Shown here piece after piece: positions 38,700 to 50,223 of a stretch of 64,000 nucleotides of DNA. Location: the NCBI GenBank assembly GCA_044892505.1, contig CM097883.1:424328001-424392000 (forward strand), written 5' to 3'. Position 1 is the stretch's first letter. Each line of letters begins with the position of its first letter. The stretch is from Schmidtea nova. Taxonomy: Eukaryota. The position numbers were made by a program, and so were the translations under genes. The notes under the pieces are model-generated. The model saw only the letters and a program-made list of their open reading frames with translations, had not been told where the DNA came from and ran no database searches.

Positions 38700-41215
38700 A
38701 TATCTGCCTTCAAAATTTTTCCTCTGTCTGAAAGAATACTTTCTGGCTTTCCATATTTATAAATCCAATTATGAAGTATAATCCGGAATATCGTCATTTC
38801 GTCTTGCTTCTCTGTCGCAGTTAGGCATACTAATTTACTGAACCGATCTATTATGACAATCACATATCTCTTTCCGGACCTTGTCTTTTCCATGTGTGCT
38901 ACATCAACTACGATTTGTTCCAGAAACCCGTTACTTCCGCGTGGAATAAAAAGTTCTTTCGTTCTTCCTTGATCTATTTTCCTTCTCGCACATATACTAC
39001 ATTCTTTTACAACGTGTCTTACTGTTTCACACATCTTTGGCCAGAAAAAACTATTTTCCATGTAATGAAAGACTTTTTTTCCCCCCACATGACATAATTC
39101 TTCATGAATCTTCTTAACCAGTTGTTTTTGATGGCTCTCTGGAACTGCTACTAAATCATTGGATTCTCTCTCTACGGTAATTAAGTCATCGTTGATCTTC
39201 AATCTGTCTTTGTGAGCATATAGGAAAGATTTCTTGAAAAAATCTTCTTCCTCATTCAAAAATTCATTGATATAATTCCATGCTCCTTGAAACCCTTTGT
39301 CCTTCTTTTGTTCTTCCATAATTTTCATCATGGTGCCAGTTTTTTGTATCGAATTAATATATCGTACCCTAGCTCTCTCCTTCTTCGGCTCTTCGTGTTG
39401 TGTTTGACATTGTGCGCACAACATTCCTCCAATTCTCGACAATCCATCGGCATTCCCATGTTCTACTCCTTTCCGATACTGCAATTTAAAATTATATTCT
39501 GATAAGTTCACCATCCATGTTTGGAATTGTGGACTTATCGCTTTCTTTGTCGTATTCATAAATACCAGCGCCTTGTGGTCGGTTCTCGCTATGAACTCCT
39601 TCCCATATAAGTATTGACGAAAATAAGTAACAAACTCATGTAATGCCAGCAATTCCTTTCTGGTCACACAATACCCTTTTTCGTGTGCTGTGAGATGTCT
39701 CGACCCATACGCAATTACTACTTCTTTACCTTCCTCTGTGATTTGACTCAGAACGGCACCTACCGCTTCAAAACAAGCATCCGTATCTAAGACAAATACC
39801 CTGTCCATCCTAGGATAATCCAGTACAGGTGTTTTCATCAGGGCTTCTTTTAAATTCTCGAAACTTGTTTCACATTTTTGAGACCATTGTAAGGTCTTAT
39901 CACACCCCGTTGTTGCTGCATATAGTGGTGCTGCCAAACGCGCATAATCTTTGACAAATCTTCGATAGTAATTCGTCAGTCCCAAAAATGAGCGCAGTTG
40001 TTTCGCACATTTTGGTCTTGTAGCCTCCCTAATCACCCGTATCTTTTCTTCGTTAGTTTGAATCCCGAACTCACTCACGGTATGCCCTAAAAATATTAAC
40101 TTATCTTTGTAGATCTTACATTTCTCCGAATTTATCTTCACGCCAGTACTTCTGATTCTTTCAAAAACTTCTTTTAGCCGGCTGTCATGTTCCGATTTAT
40201 CCTTCCCGTATATGAGGATGTCATCTAAATATACCACCGCCCCATTAAAAAGAATACCTTCTAACATAGTGTTCATGAATCTCCGAAATGTAGCTGGAGC
40301 TGTTGTCAATCCGAACGGTAATCGCTCAAAACAAAACTGCCCGCTTTTCGTACTAAACGCGGTTTTCTCCTGTGACTCTGCTGCCAATGCCACTTGATAA
40401 TATGCTTGACCCAGATCCAATGATGAGAAAAACTTCGCTCCGGCCAAGCAATCCAGTAGCTGTGTGATATTCGGCATCGGAAAAGATTCCTTCTCTGTCA
40501 GACTATTTAGACTCCGATAATCCGCACACATTCTGATCGATCCGTCTTTCTTTCCTACTATGACTAATGGTGCGTTCCATGGGCTCTGACATCGCCTGAT
40601 CACCCTTGCTTCTACTAACTTTTGTATTAAGTCATCTACCTTCCGTTCCAGATGCATCGGTTGTCGTCGTGGATATTGCATCACAGGATTACCAGTCGTT
40701 TTAATTTTATGTACTACCGTCGTGGTATATCCTAAATCGAATTTGGTTGCCATAAATATTGAAGCAAAATCCGTGATTAATTTCTCGAGCTCGATATTTT
40801 CCTCTTTCAGCAAGTCTGTTTTCGCTTTTAATAGTCGGTCTTTGTCGTTGATGTTTGTCTTGATCTCATTGTCTTCAATACTTTTCACTTCCACCAGTTG
40901 TATGCCGAACGCTTTCATTGTATCTACTCCACCAATAAATCCTGGTCGAATATCCCTCATAACAACAATACATATGTTCCTCTGTTTTTGGTTCCATTTC
41001 GCCTCTACCATAGTACGTCCCAGTGGTCTTTTACTTCCTGGAAAAACGCCACAAATCGTCAAATCGCTTGCATCTAACCTCGGTTTTCCGATGTTTATCC
41101 ATGTTTCTTCATTCATCACTGATATTGATGCCCCCGAATCCCATAACATTTCTACTTCAACCGTATTAATAACCATCTTACTCCATTCTCTTCCATCGCT
41201 CGTCTGATACTTCAT
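38696..41215 (-). CDS. pol: Gypsy Pol (aspartic protease, RT, RNase H, integrase N-terminus and core); likely expressed by -1 frameshift from gag
   Basis: LWDSGASISVM, SPWNAPLVIV, RMCADYRSLN, PFGLTTAPATF, VYLDDILI, LDTDAC, IARTDHKAL, HEELCH…CSIC, VVDVAH, ILSDRG. Confidence 0.95.
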   Translation of the reverse strand: MKYQTSDGREWSKMVINTVEVEMLWDSGASISVMNEETWINIGKPRLDASDLTICGVFPGSKRPLGRTMVEAKWNQKQRNICIVVMRDIRPGFIGGVDTMKAFGIQLVEVKSIEDNEIKTNINDKDRLLKAKTDLLKEENIELEKLITDFASIFMATKFDLGYTTTVVHKIKTTGNPVMQYPRRQPMHLERKVDDLIQKLVEARVIRRCQSPWNAPLVIVGKKDGSIRMCADYRSLNSLTEKESFPMPNITQLLDCLAGAKFFSSLDLGQAYYQVALAAESQEKTAFSTKSGQFCFERLPFGLTTAPATFRRFMNTMLEGILFNGAVVYLDDILIYGKDKSEHDSRLKEVFERIRSTGVKINSEKCKIYKDKLIFLGHTVSEFGIQTNEEKIRVIREATRPKCAKQLRSFLGLTNYYRRFVKDYARLAAPLYAATTGCDKTLQWSQKCETSFENLKEALMKTPVLDYPRMDRVFVLDTDACFEAVGAVLSQITEEGKEVVIAYGSRHLTAHEKGYCVTRKELLALHEFVTYFRQYLYGKEFIARTDHKALVFMNTTKKAISPQFQTWMVNLSEYNFKLQYRKGVEHGNADGLSRIGGMLCAQCQTQHEEPKKERARVRYINSIQKTGTMMKIMEEQKKDKGFQGAWNYINEFLNEEEDFFKKSFLYAHKDRLKINDDLITVERESNDLVAVPESHQKQLVKKIHEELCHVGGKKVFHYMENSFFWPKMCETVRHVVKECSICARRKIDQGRTKELFIPRGSNGFLEQIVVDVAHMEKTRSGKRYVIVIIDRFSKLVCLTATEKQDEMTIFRIILHNWIYKYGKPESILSDRGKILKADI

Positions 41216-41229
41216 GCTTCTTCTCCTGT

Positions 41230-41302
41230 CATTTCGATTTTCTTCATTTATATCTGCGATCCCATTGACGAAATGTGTGCGATGGGATCGTTGGCATTTT
41301 TT
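41230..41302 (-). promoter_or_regulatory. Predicted -1 programmed ribosomal frameshift signal (A AAA AAU plus H-type pseudoknot)
   Basis: Slippery heptamer at 41302-41296 in the gag frame, 5-nt spacer, 9-bp stem CGAUCCCAU/AUGGGAUCG, and loop CAUUUCG complementary to downstream CGAAAUG. The pol frame is -1 and open across the site. Confidence 0.75.
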
Positions 41303-41967
41303 CTTACTTCTACTTCATGTGGTTGACACTCACTTCCGTATTCATCTCTAAAATCATAAATATTTATCTGCTGATCCTCCATTTCTTCGTGTATACATGA
41401 TATCTTCTTGACGTTGGTGTTGTAACCTCGTCGTTCATTCAGAAGGTTACAATTTCTAAAATTGTGTCCGTTCTTCCCGCAAATCAAACATTTATCCTTT
41501 AAAGGGCATTCAAAACGCCTATGTCCTTCTTCTCCGCAACAAAAACATTGACCTGATTTGAGTTCGCATGGCCTTGGTTCTGGTAACCCCATATGTCTGT
41601 TGTATAACCGTTTGGCTATATGTTTCAGAGATACAGTTGGCATCTTCTTTTCACCCGTCTGCTGTCCTTTCCATCTTTGGGACTCTGGTTGTTCATATCT
41701 TCCGTATTCCACTTTGTTTTCGAAACTTCTGGGTTCTTTCCGTATATATGGTCTTTGCTTTCCTCTCTCCGATTCCTCTCGATTTCTTAGACCCTCTTTG
41801 AATTTTTCCGCATATGACATTGGTTTCACTGCCAAAATTTCTTCAGATCTGTCCTCTGTTTTCTCATAAATTTTTGCTAAATCATTTCTCTCTTTGTGAT
41901 CCATCTTAGGTTTCGTCGTAAGTACCTCTTTTAATCTTTTATCTCTCACTGTGCATAATAATCTCAC
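41248..41967 (-). CDS. gag: Gypsy Gag C-terminal part with two CCHC zinc knuckles
   Basis: CFCCGEEGHRRFEC and CLICGKNGHNFRNC. Confidence 0.9.
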   Translation of the reverse strand: MRLLCTVRDKRLKEVLTTKPKMDHKERNDLAKIYEKTEDRSEEILAVKPMSYAEKFKEGLRNREESERGKQRPYIRKEPRSFENKVEYGRYEQPESQRWKGQQTGEKKMPTVSLKHIAKRLYNRHMGLPEPRPCELKSGQCFCCGEEGHRRFECPLKDKCLICGKNGHNFRNCNLLNERRGYNTNVKKISCIHEEMEDQQINIYDFRDEYGSECQPHEVEVRKNANDPIAHISSMGSQI

Positions 41968-42442
41968 TTACGATTTCTTCCTTTGACAATCCTGAATATA
42001 AAACTTCTTCCACGATTTTGAGAACTCGAATCTCGAAAGTAGCAAAACGTTCGTTGTCATCTTGTCTGATAGTTGAAAGATCCTTGATTTTATCTAATAT
42101 TGACTTTTTTATAGTGAATGTTTCTATAAACCATTCTCTAGCATCATCCTCTGATGTGTCTTCGGTTTTGAAATTCTTCCACAAGATTGACGCTTCTTCC
42201 GATAACAACAAATCAAAAGCTTCCGTCCGTTTTAGATCATTTCTTATAATCCACTCATCGATCGCTTTAATCCATTTTTCTGCTTCCTTAGCGCATCTTC
42301 CATCGTATCTACGAATTTCAACGTCTAAGATTTCTTGAGCCTTCTTTGGTAAAACATCTCTTGCTGATTTCTTATCTTGGCTACGTGTTTTAACTGCGTT
42401 AATTTCGGCGTGGTCGCCAGTAACTATCTTAATATCTGACAT
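41939..42442 (-). CDS. gag: Gypsy Gag N-terminal part (start codon inside the 5' LTR)
   Basis: Open frame MSDIKIVTGDHAEIN…RYDGRCAKEAEKWIKAID…RQDDNERFATFEIRV. It overlaps the C-terminal gag ORF in a different frame. Confidence 0.75.
   Translation of the reverse strand: MSDIKIVTGDHAEINAVKTRSQDKKSARDVLPKKAQEILDVEIRRYDGRCAKEAEKWIKAIDEWIIRNDLKRTEAFDLLLSEEASILWKNFKTEDTSEDDAREWFIETFTIKKSILDKIKDLSTIRQDDNERFATFEIRVLKIVEEVLYSGLSKEEIVSEIIMHSER
42409..42419 (-). promoter_or_regulatory. Primer-binding site TGGCGACCACG (tRNA-Arg-like), overlapping the LTR by 1 nt
   Basis: TGG-starting sequence directly at the 5' LTR end, complementary to a tRNA 3' end …CGUGGUCGCCA. The Arg(UCG) assignment is from recollection of that acceptor stem and was not verified. 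Confidence 0.75.
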
Positions 42443-42549
42443 CAAAAATAAACAATTTAACAATTGAAAAACTTAATATTTATTTTTAAAAACAACTCCT
42501 TCTTGTTGATTATTTAAACAACTTGTTTTTTAATAATCATTACATTACT
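42419..42549 (-). repeat. 5' LTR (131 bp)
   Basis: Identical to 38002-38132. Confidence 0.96.
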
Positions 42550-42554
42550 GTTTC

Positions 42555-42762
42555 AATTACTAAAAATGGGGCCGCAGTCATGAAAAACATTGTAAGAATT
42601 TCTATTAGTGAACAGCAGTTGGTTTTTGCTTATGGTATTCGTCTTGATGTGTCGGATGTTCTTTATGAGAAATGTGTACAGAAAATCAAAGCCAAAGTTG
42701 ATATTTCCGTCATCCAGATTAATGGCTTGAATAATGTCAATATGAATGCATTTGAAAGTTAA
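42555..42762 (+). pseudogene. hAT transposase fragment, part downstream of the Gypsy insertion
   Basis: ITKNGAAVMKNIVRISISEQQLVFAYGIRLDVSDVLY resembles hAT TTDGASVMKK…QQLCYAHGIHLAVCDVLY. Confidence 0.7.
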
Positions 42763-45268
42763 GGTGATGAAAAAGATGATTGCAATGAATCTGAATGAAG
42801 ATTTAGAATCGATATAATTTTGTTGGGAATAATTGCATTAAGCGCTGCTCACCCGGGCTTATTCTACATCATTCAATTTCTTCTAGTAATTTAATAATTT
42901 TGTTGACGACTCTGGTTTCCCATTAGCTCAGGATTTTTATTAGATAATTTATTAATTTAATTAATTTGTTTTTTCTTAATATTTTTTTCTTGGGACCCCT
43001 TTTGATTTTATATCGCTACATATGAATTCATCTCATCATTTGGCATCCTCCCATACCAGTTTCACCCACCAATTCTTTATTTTTAATTCTCAAAATTTTA
43101 ATTTATTTTTGTACTTTAATAATCATTGTTGTATTTTTATTGATTTGCAAATAACTTTTTGTGCTTTTTATTTTATTTTGTGCCTGTTCAGACAAACCCC
43201 AACAATTTTGAATTGCCACTCACACATTCTACTGTTGGATTATATATGCGGTGTTAGGAATTTATCTCTCAGGCATTGTAAGTCATCCGCAGAGAGATTC
43301 ATAGAATTTTATAATTGGTAGTACACATCTACAGATAAATTGGTTTCTTTGGTTTTTAGAAATAATTAGATTAATTTTAATATTAATTCAATTTTATTTA
43401 TTTTGAAATATTTTTTTATTTAATCGGGATAACACAATGTGTGTAATAAACACTCTGTCATATTAGTTGTTATCGCGCATTATATTAGTTTTTTTAAATA
43501 ATCGATTTTAATTTTAATTCTTTTGTTAGTTTTACAATATTTCGACGATGAATTTTTCTATAATTTTTATTGAATGATTTTCTTTATTTTATTATTATTT
43601 TTATAACTTGATAATATCTCAAAAGCGATCACACTATTTGGTTACATGTCGAATTTACATACGAAGGATCAAAAGCAAATTGATGGGGAAAGATCATAGC
43701 TCATATTAAAATACTCTAGTATATCTAATATTGATCATACATAAATCCATATAGAAGTTATAATAATTAGAGCCCTCGTAGTATTTTTGATAGAAGATGA
43801 ACCTTGACATGACGTGTTTGACACGCCACAGAACAAAGACCATGAGTCATAACAAAATACGTGTCGCATTACCTTGTGGCCTGATCTGATCAATAAGTCA
43901 TCGTGATGACTCATGGATTCTCCGACTAGTCATTCCTTTGTGAGCCAGTGCAAACACATCTTACTATTTAAGTTACATGGATTGTAAGTAGTAAACTTAC
44001 GTACATATTAACTGAAATTATATACACATTTTCAAATATTCTCACGTGACATTTTATAGTTTGTTAGAAAATCACCAACGATCGACCAATTTAAAATTGT
44101 GTGATAAATTGTAAATTTCATTGGTGTGGAAAAATTCGGATGTATTTCCTAACAGTCCCATTGTTTTGAAAGTGTGTGTATGTTTGTAAACAATACAACA
44201 ACATATCTGTTTATAGCTAATTGTATTTGGAATTTGTGCATTTTTCAATTTTATTGCACCTCTATCGTACTTTTGTATTCTTGTATGTTTTACAAATATT
44301 AAAACATGTATATATTATGCGTAAAATAAAAATACGCATCACTTTTTAAAGATAGTCAGCCAAATCAATCAATAAATAACTGGTGAATATTTATACTGTT
44401 TAAAAATAATATCATATTAATGGTAGTCCGGCTTACGAATAGACGGAACCGATTATGGTCACTCACCGAACAATGTTTATATCACAAAGATTTTTATGTG
44501 TGAATTTTTAAAAATGATTTAAATTTTTTATAAAAACGTTATTTTAAATTACAACCAATTATGGTGTTGTCTTAAAATAAAACCAATTACAGAATAAATT
44601 TAGACATTCAGATATAATGTGTATGTAACTTTTGAAGGTCAAATTAATATAGAATAGTGACGTACAGCATTGACGATTGAATAAATTAATATCGAGTGTC
44701 TCTTCATTTGAAAGGTCAAACAATGTCAAATATTTTTTTTTGTTATTTATTTATAAAAATAGCCTATTTTAATCATTGAAATATTAATGAACTTTTCGAA
44801 ATTCAATTAGTCTACATAAGTTAAATTATTTAGAAAATATTATGTTAGTTTATATTAAAATTAATTTAAGTTGGAATTAATGATTTTTAGATGTAATTTT
44901 ATTTTTTAAATTAAGGTTAAGAAACGATCGAATCCATAATAATCATGGTGTTGTATAAACAATGAAGTTGGCAATATTAACAAACAATTCTAAAAAATAT
45001 ACTCGTTACATAATATTGGATTAGATTCTAGTATTCGAACGCAATACGAACGCAATAAATAATTAATTTAATCTTAAAGTTAATTTTTTATTTTGATTTT
45101 TTAAAATCATAAAATTAATTAATTATAAAGTCTGAAATTCAAAATTTTTTTGAGTAAGTTTAAACAAGTAGAAAATTAAAAGATTAAAATGAATATGAAC
45201 ATTGATGGTAGTTTTGACCCATATTAATTTAGAATTTAAAATCTTATACATAGTTATACAGGGTATTG

Positions 45269-47158
45269 CAGAGGCGTAGCTAGGGGGTTGCGGGGGTGCG
45301 GGCCGCACCGGGTGACCACATCACAGGGGTGACACCAAAATGAAAAAAAAATTTTAATTTTAAATTCAGAGCCGACAGAGCTGCTCAGAATCTCGGAATA
45401 AAATCTTGAGTTATTTGCAAACGCGCCAACTAATGACGCGTGGCAGCTGCCTAGTTTGCCAAACAGACCAGCCAGCCCTGCTTGCGATTCAATACACCTG
45501 TTTTCGTTTGATAAAAGTATCTATAATATAAAAAATTATTTCCATTATTTCCTAGAAAGTATTTAAAAATTAAAAAAAATAAGTGAAGAACAAATAAATG
45601 GAATTTGATTAATAAACCTTGTTAAAAAATAATTTTGCTTACGTTTAATGTGAAATACTTCCAAAAGCTTTCATAAAAATAATTTTTTCCTAAAAATCTA
45701 ATACATATAAAATAAAAATAATTTTGAAGAATATAGATAAACTTTCAAAGCTTCTATAGTTATCTTATATCATTGAAAAATCAAAATAGAAGCCTTAAAA
45801 GATATCTAGATAAATAAAATTACCTGATAGCCATTTAAAAAAAAATTGCTAAATGAAAAATAAATGGCTAAATAAAAATGTACAGTACACAAAAATTAAC
45901 AAAGTAACTATGAGTAACAAGTAGATGCACACGCCTGCACATCATGCTGCTGTTAAACCGATGAAAGATAAGTTTGACGAATGTGTGGAGGCGATTTAAG
46001 CTCTCTGTGATCCACGTGAAAATGTGGACACAAGAGGTTCAGCACAAGGTCTTTTACATGCTGTCTGTGATTTCACGTTTCTCTGCTACCTTTACTTTTG
46101 GGCTGCTGTACTTGAGGAAGTTAAACTTACACAGCAGTATCTGCAGACTAAAGGTTTAACTCTTGACAAAGTGGTGACCAAGCTAGAGGCATTGAGACTT
46201 TTTCTGTAGGAGCAACGCTGGCACTTAGTGGAGCATGCAATTGAACAAGCACTTTTAAAATCAGATCATTATGGAATTTCAATAGAGAGAAGATTACGGT
46301 TCAAAAAGAAAATGGCAAAGGAACAACTCAGGGATGCTGGACTCAATATGCAAGAAGAGAACAAAAGGGCGATGCTAGAGTGTATTGATCGTTTTCATTC
46401 TGAACTTCAGACCAGATCAAAAGCGTTCAAGGAAGTAGCTGATAAGTTTGAGGCTGTTCAAACCAAGAGTCTTCTATCAGCATCTGAAGAAAAGTTGCAC
46501 GTGTCAGTTCCAAAATTTACCGCGTTCTACGATGAGCTATCTGAAGTTGATCTTTTAAAAGAAATACCAAGACTGAGAAGGCACCTGAAGGCAGCAGATA
46601 TTGATTTCCACAAAGCCAAAGACTGGTCAATATTTGATTTTTCGAACTTTATAGCTGAATGGGACTTCAATGAATCTCTCCCTATACTTTCGCTAAGCCT
46701 ACAAATGTTCCTCACTATATGTGTGTCTGTAGCTTCATGTGAGAGGAGCTTTTCCAAACTGAAACTTATAAAGAGTTATTTTCGATCAACCATGGGACAG
46801 TCAAGGCTTTCTGATCTGGCTATACTATCAATTAAATGTGATATAGTGAAAGATATAGATTTTGATGATGTGATTGATAAGTTTGCAGCTTTGAAGATCA
46901 GGAAGAGAAACTTTTAAATAAAATAAAGATAAATGTTACTGTTAAATAAAAATAAGTGATTTCGTTCGTTCGTTTTTTCTTATATCCTTAATAATTTCTG
47001 GACTTATTTTACAAAGATTACTATAGCGATTATGTATTATGTGTGGTCGAATACAAGAACAGTGAAACACTCTGAAGATTCCATGGTCAAAGTTTATAGA
47101 GAGGGGTGACACCATGGGTTTACCGCACCGGGTGAGACCAACCCTAGCTACTTCACTG
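45269..47158 (+). mobile_element. Internally deleted hAT transposon (ZMYM1-like transposase C-terminus)
   Basis: TIR CAGAGGCGTAGCTAGGG / CCCTAGCTACTTCACTG and perfect 8-bp TSD GGGTATTG. Coding remnant 46024-46917 has one internal TAG and hATC motif LTICVSVASCERSFSKLKLIKSYFRSTMGQSRLSDLAILSI. Subterminal GCACCGGGTGA repeats. Confidence 0.93.
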
Positions 47159-47575
47159 GGGTATTGCTATAATTACTTAGTTTATTAGTTTTTATTGTTA
47201 TTATTAAAATATCAAAGTTTTATTAATTATCTGCAATTTGTGAATAATAAAACTTTTTTAGTACTTCATAACAATGTCCAGTAGATTCTCGCTTATTCGT
47301 GAGAATCTGAAACTAAATATACATTCAATTTTAAATAAACCCTTGAATAATCAAAGTTTATGTCCTAATGTTTAGCGTCGTCTGATATTCCTCTTCAAAA
47401 ACATCTTTCTAAAAGGCCGACATCTTAGTTGTTTTCTCCAGAATAATCAAGCTGGTGATGTAATCATACGAGAAAATTCCTTTTGATTCCACCACAACAT
47501 TTAAATCAAAAACTTTTCAAGTTATTGGTATTCCTTTCAGTGTCTTAGCCACTTTGGATAGTGAATTACTAACAA

Positions 47576-48030
47576 ACTGGTGTTTAGGAGTATGGGAAGC
47601 TACGAAATTATTATTGATCTCCAGGGATTACAACACCCAACACCCAATCATAAATATTAACTGACTCACTCGTGTACCCTTAATTACACCTTGATACTAA
47701 GTTGGTAATGTACACGGTGGTGAGAATCTAGTGACCAGGTGATCTTCGTTTCCAAAACTACTCATCACTATATTCATTCTTTCGGGTTCCTGTTGCCGAT
47801 AAAAGGACTTACGCACATATCTATTTTATGGTCCTTTCGCGTGATTAATTCCTATCTTTCTATCTCTTTATCCTATTTCAGATCCCTCTTATTTATTCCC
47901 CAAAAACACCTAAATAACTCCCCTTCATTCCCTCTTTCCCTCGCTACTCTATATAATTTAATAATACGATGGTACGAAGACTCTAACCTATTAATCGATA
48001 AAGTAAACTCACTAGAGTTTACTGATTAAA
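47576..48030 (+). repeat. Unclassified LTR-like repeat, copy B (structured motif at 47701-47805)
   Basis: Head ACTGGTGTTTAGG and ~200 bp of clear similarity to copy A. The right end is approximate. Confidence 0.6.
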
Positions 48031-49164
48031 TATATGTATTTTATCTCGTCTTATCGTTTTTTATTTAAGATATAAAATTTTGGATAAATAATTAAATGTT
48101 TTTATATTGATTTGCAAAAATTAAATCTTTAAGGTAACATGTAAGATAAATAATAATATTATTTATTGTTAAACTTTAAAAAATATATTTGACTTTTAAT
48201 CAACACAATATTATAGAAAAATTTCTTCTAGAACAATTTGTTTTACTGCATCAACGAAAATAACAGTCTGAAACAACTATATATACCACCATCAAAATAG
48301 AAATCGCCAGAATTTGCTTAATATTTTCAAGAAAACTTTACACAGAATGTGCAACTACCAAACGGGAGCTCCTATCAAAGGCGGATCTCTACAAAGTTTT
48401 TACAGAGAATTTGCCGAAATCTTTGAAGAATTTGTGAAAAATTTCCAGAATAAAAGCTCTACCAGAATTTATATTCTACTTACTGGAAAAGAGAGCTCCA
48501 TACTATGAACCTAACTCAACTCACCCCGAAAGAACCAAAAGTTTCAGAACATCAACTGCTTACAGAGATTAAGGACCTCGAAGAGAAAAGTTTTCATTTT
48601 TGAGAAAAACCTCCTTTGATTGTAACAATTTCCACTCTCAGAGAACCAGCGAATATTCAATATGTAAGGATTATTCCTGTAAAATGGCAGGAAACCATCG
48701 AGATCATGCCCATCGACTGTCTCTTGCTTAGTATTTTAATTATCATTTATCTTTATTTTGGGATTTGGTTACATTGTTATTAATAATTTTACTTTTTAAC
48801 TTTTATGATGAAAAATTTTGGTATGATTTTTATGTTTTATTCTAATAATTATATATTTCATCTATCATATGGTGTTCTCATTTTATAAACTAAACTAAAG
48901 CGATTTGTCATAAGAACTACTCTAATTAATAAGTTCAAGATTTGTCACATTTTACCCTCCTCAATATCATTGAACATAAATCTTAAACATTAATATCATT
49001 TATTACGATATATTCATAAATTAAGGGCCAGACAGGCAACAATTAAGGATAACAACAAATTAAATTATATATAGAAAAAATATACATACCTACTGCATAT
49101 TAGGACAAAGATGAAATAAACGTGAGAAAATATTACTAATAGAAGTAATAAACGGGGTGAAACA

Positions 49165-49350
49165 GTATAAAATGCTTGTCGTCATATAGTTCCTTTCTAA
49201 ACCCCATAGAAAGTTTATTTAGTAAATTAAAAGGCGCTATCAGACAAGATGTTGCGGCAACCAAAGGATGGAGTACCATTGATTACAAAATTTGAATGGA
49301 ATCAGTCAAAAGGTTTGTGGAGGAAGAATAAGAAAAAGGATCTTCCCAAA
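49165..49350 (+). pseudogene. Tc1/IS630-like transposase C-terminal fragment
   Basis: CLSSYSSFLNPIESLFSKLKGAIR resembles LPPYSPFLNPIE..FSK.K. Confidence 0.6.
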
Positions 49351-50223
49351 GTCTTCATTCAAAGAGGAAATCTTGGGGGACATATAAATAAGCAGATGTA
49401 ATTTAATTGCCGAATAAAAATTATAATAACTTACCTTTTCAATAATTCATAAATATCTAATAAATATATTTATAAAATAAATAGATACTTAACTTAAAAT
49501 ATTAAATAAAATATGTAATTAAATTAAAATATGTTAAAACAGCTTTAAAAAATGAATAACAAAACATAATAAATAATAATTACTCACCAATTACCTGTAA
49601 TAAGTGTCTTTGTGGCCCTTAATTAAATACTGTTGGTGTATAAGAACTCACTTACGATAATAATAAGCAACCAATCGGTACGTCTTTACTTTTAAAATCT
49701 GTTTGAGATGAGAATATAGTTTTTATATAATTTTCTTCTAATTATTTGATTAAAAAGGGGGTGCCATCAACGATCTAATTCTTAATACAATATTTAAAGT
49801 AGAAAATTTCTATATATTTAAATAATAGGAAACTTGAATGTTTTAGAAATTTTAGATTTGTTGTAACAATCGTTGCAGTTGTCAAGGCCTCGGCAAAAGA
49901 TTTAAAATTCAACTGTGAAATTTTTTGTAAAAATGTTAAAATAATTTACAATACAAGATAGACATTAAGTTTAATATATAAATAGAGTTTTAATTAAATT
50001 TTTAACATAAAATTCCAGAAATTGAATTATCATGGAAATAATAGTTAATTCGGATAAAATAATAGCAATCAAATATCCCCGAATGTATACGATTTTACGG
50101 AGGACTAATCCTGAATTGAGTAGTGATGTTGAATAAATATTTAATAATTGATAATATGAATATGCATGACTGTAGGAGTTGGATGGATAATTATTATTAA
50201 ATTGTATATGTTTGTTTAGTAAA

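Larger units (their letters stand above)
38002..42549 (-). mobile_element. Full-length compact Ty3/Gypsy LTR retrotransposon (4,548 bp), very recent insertion
   Basis: Identical 131-bp LTRs, 5-bp TSD GTTTC (37997-38001 / 42550-42554), PBS, PPT, gag with two CCHC knuckles, and pol order PR-RT-RH-IN. No env or chromodomain seen. Confidence 0.97.

Noticed and set aside
40722-42338. Plus-strand ORFs antisense to gag/pol (40722-41207, 41558-41869, 42018-42338)
   Set aside because: These are shadow frames of the Gypsy coding region with no recognisable motifs.
47701-47805. tRNA/SINE interpretation of the structured motif (GTTGGTA as D-loop, GGTTC as T-loop/B-box)
   Set aside because: There is no T-stem or acceptor stem, the B-box GTTCRANNC is not met in most copies, and the spacing is about double that of a tRNA. 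It is kept only as an unassigned motif.
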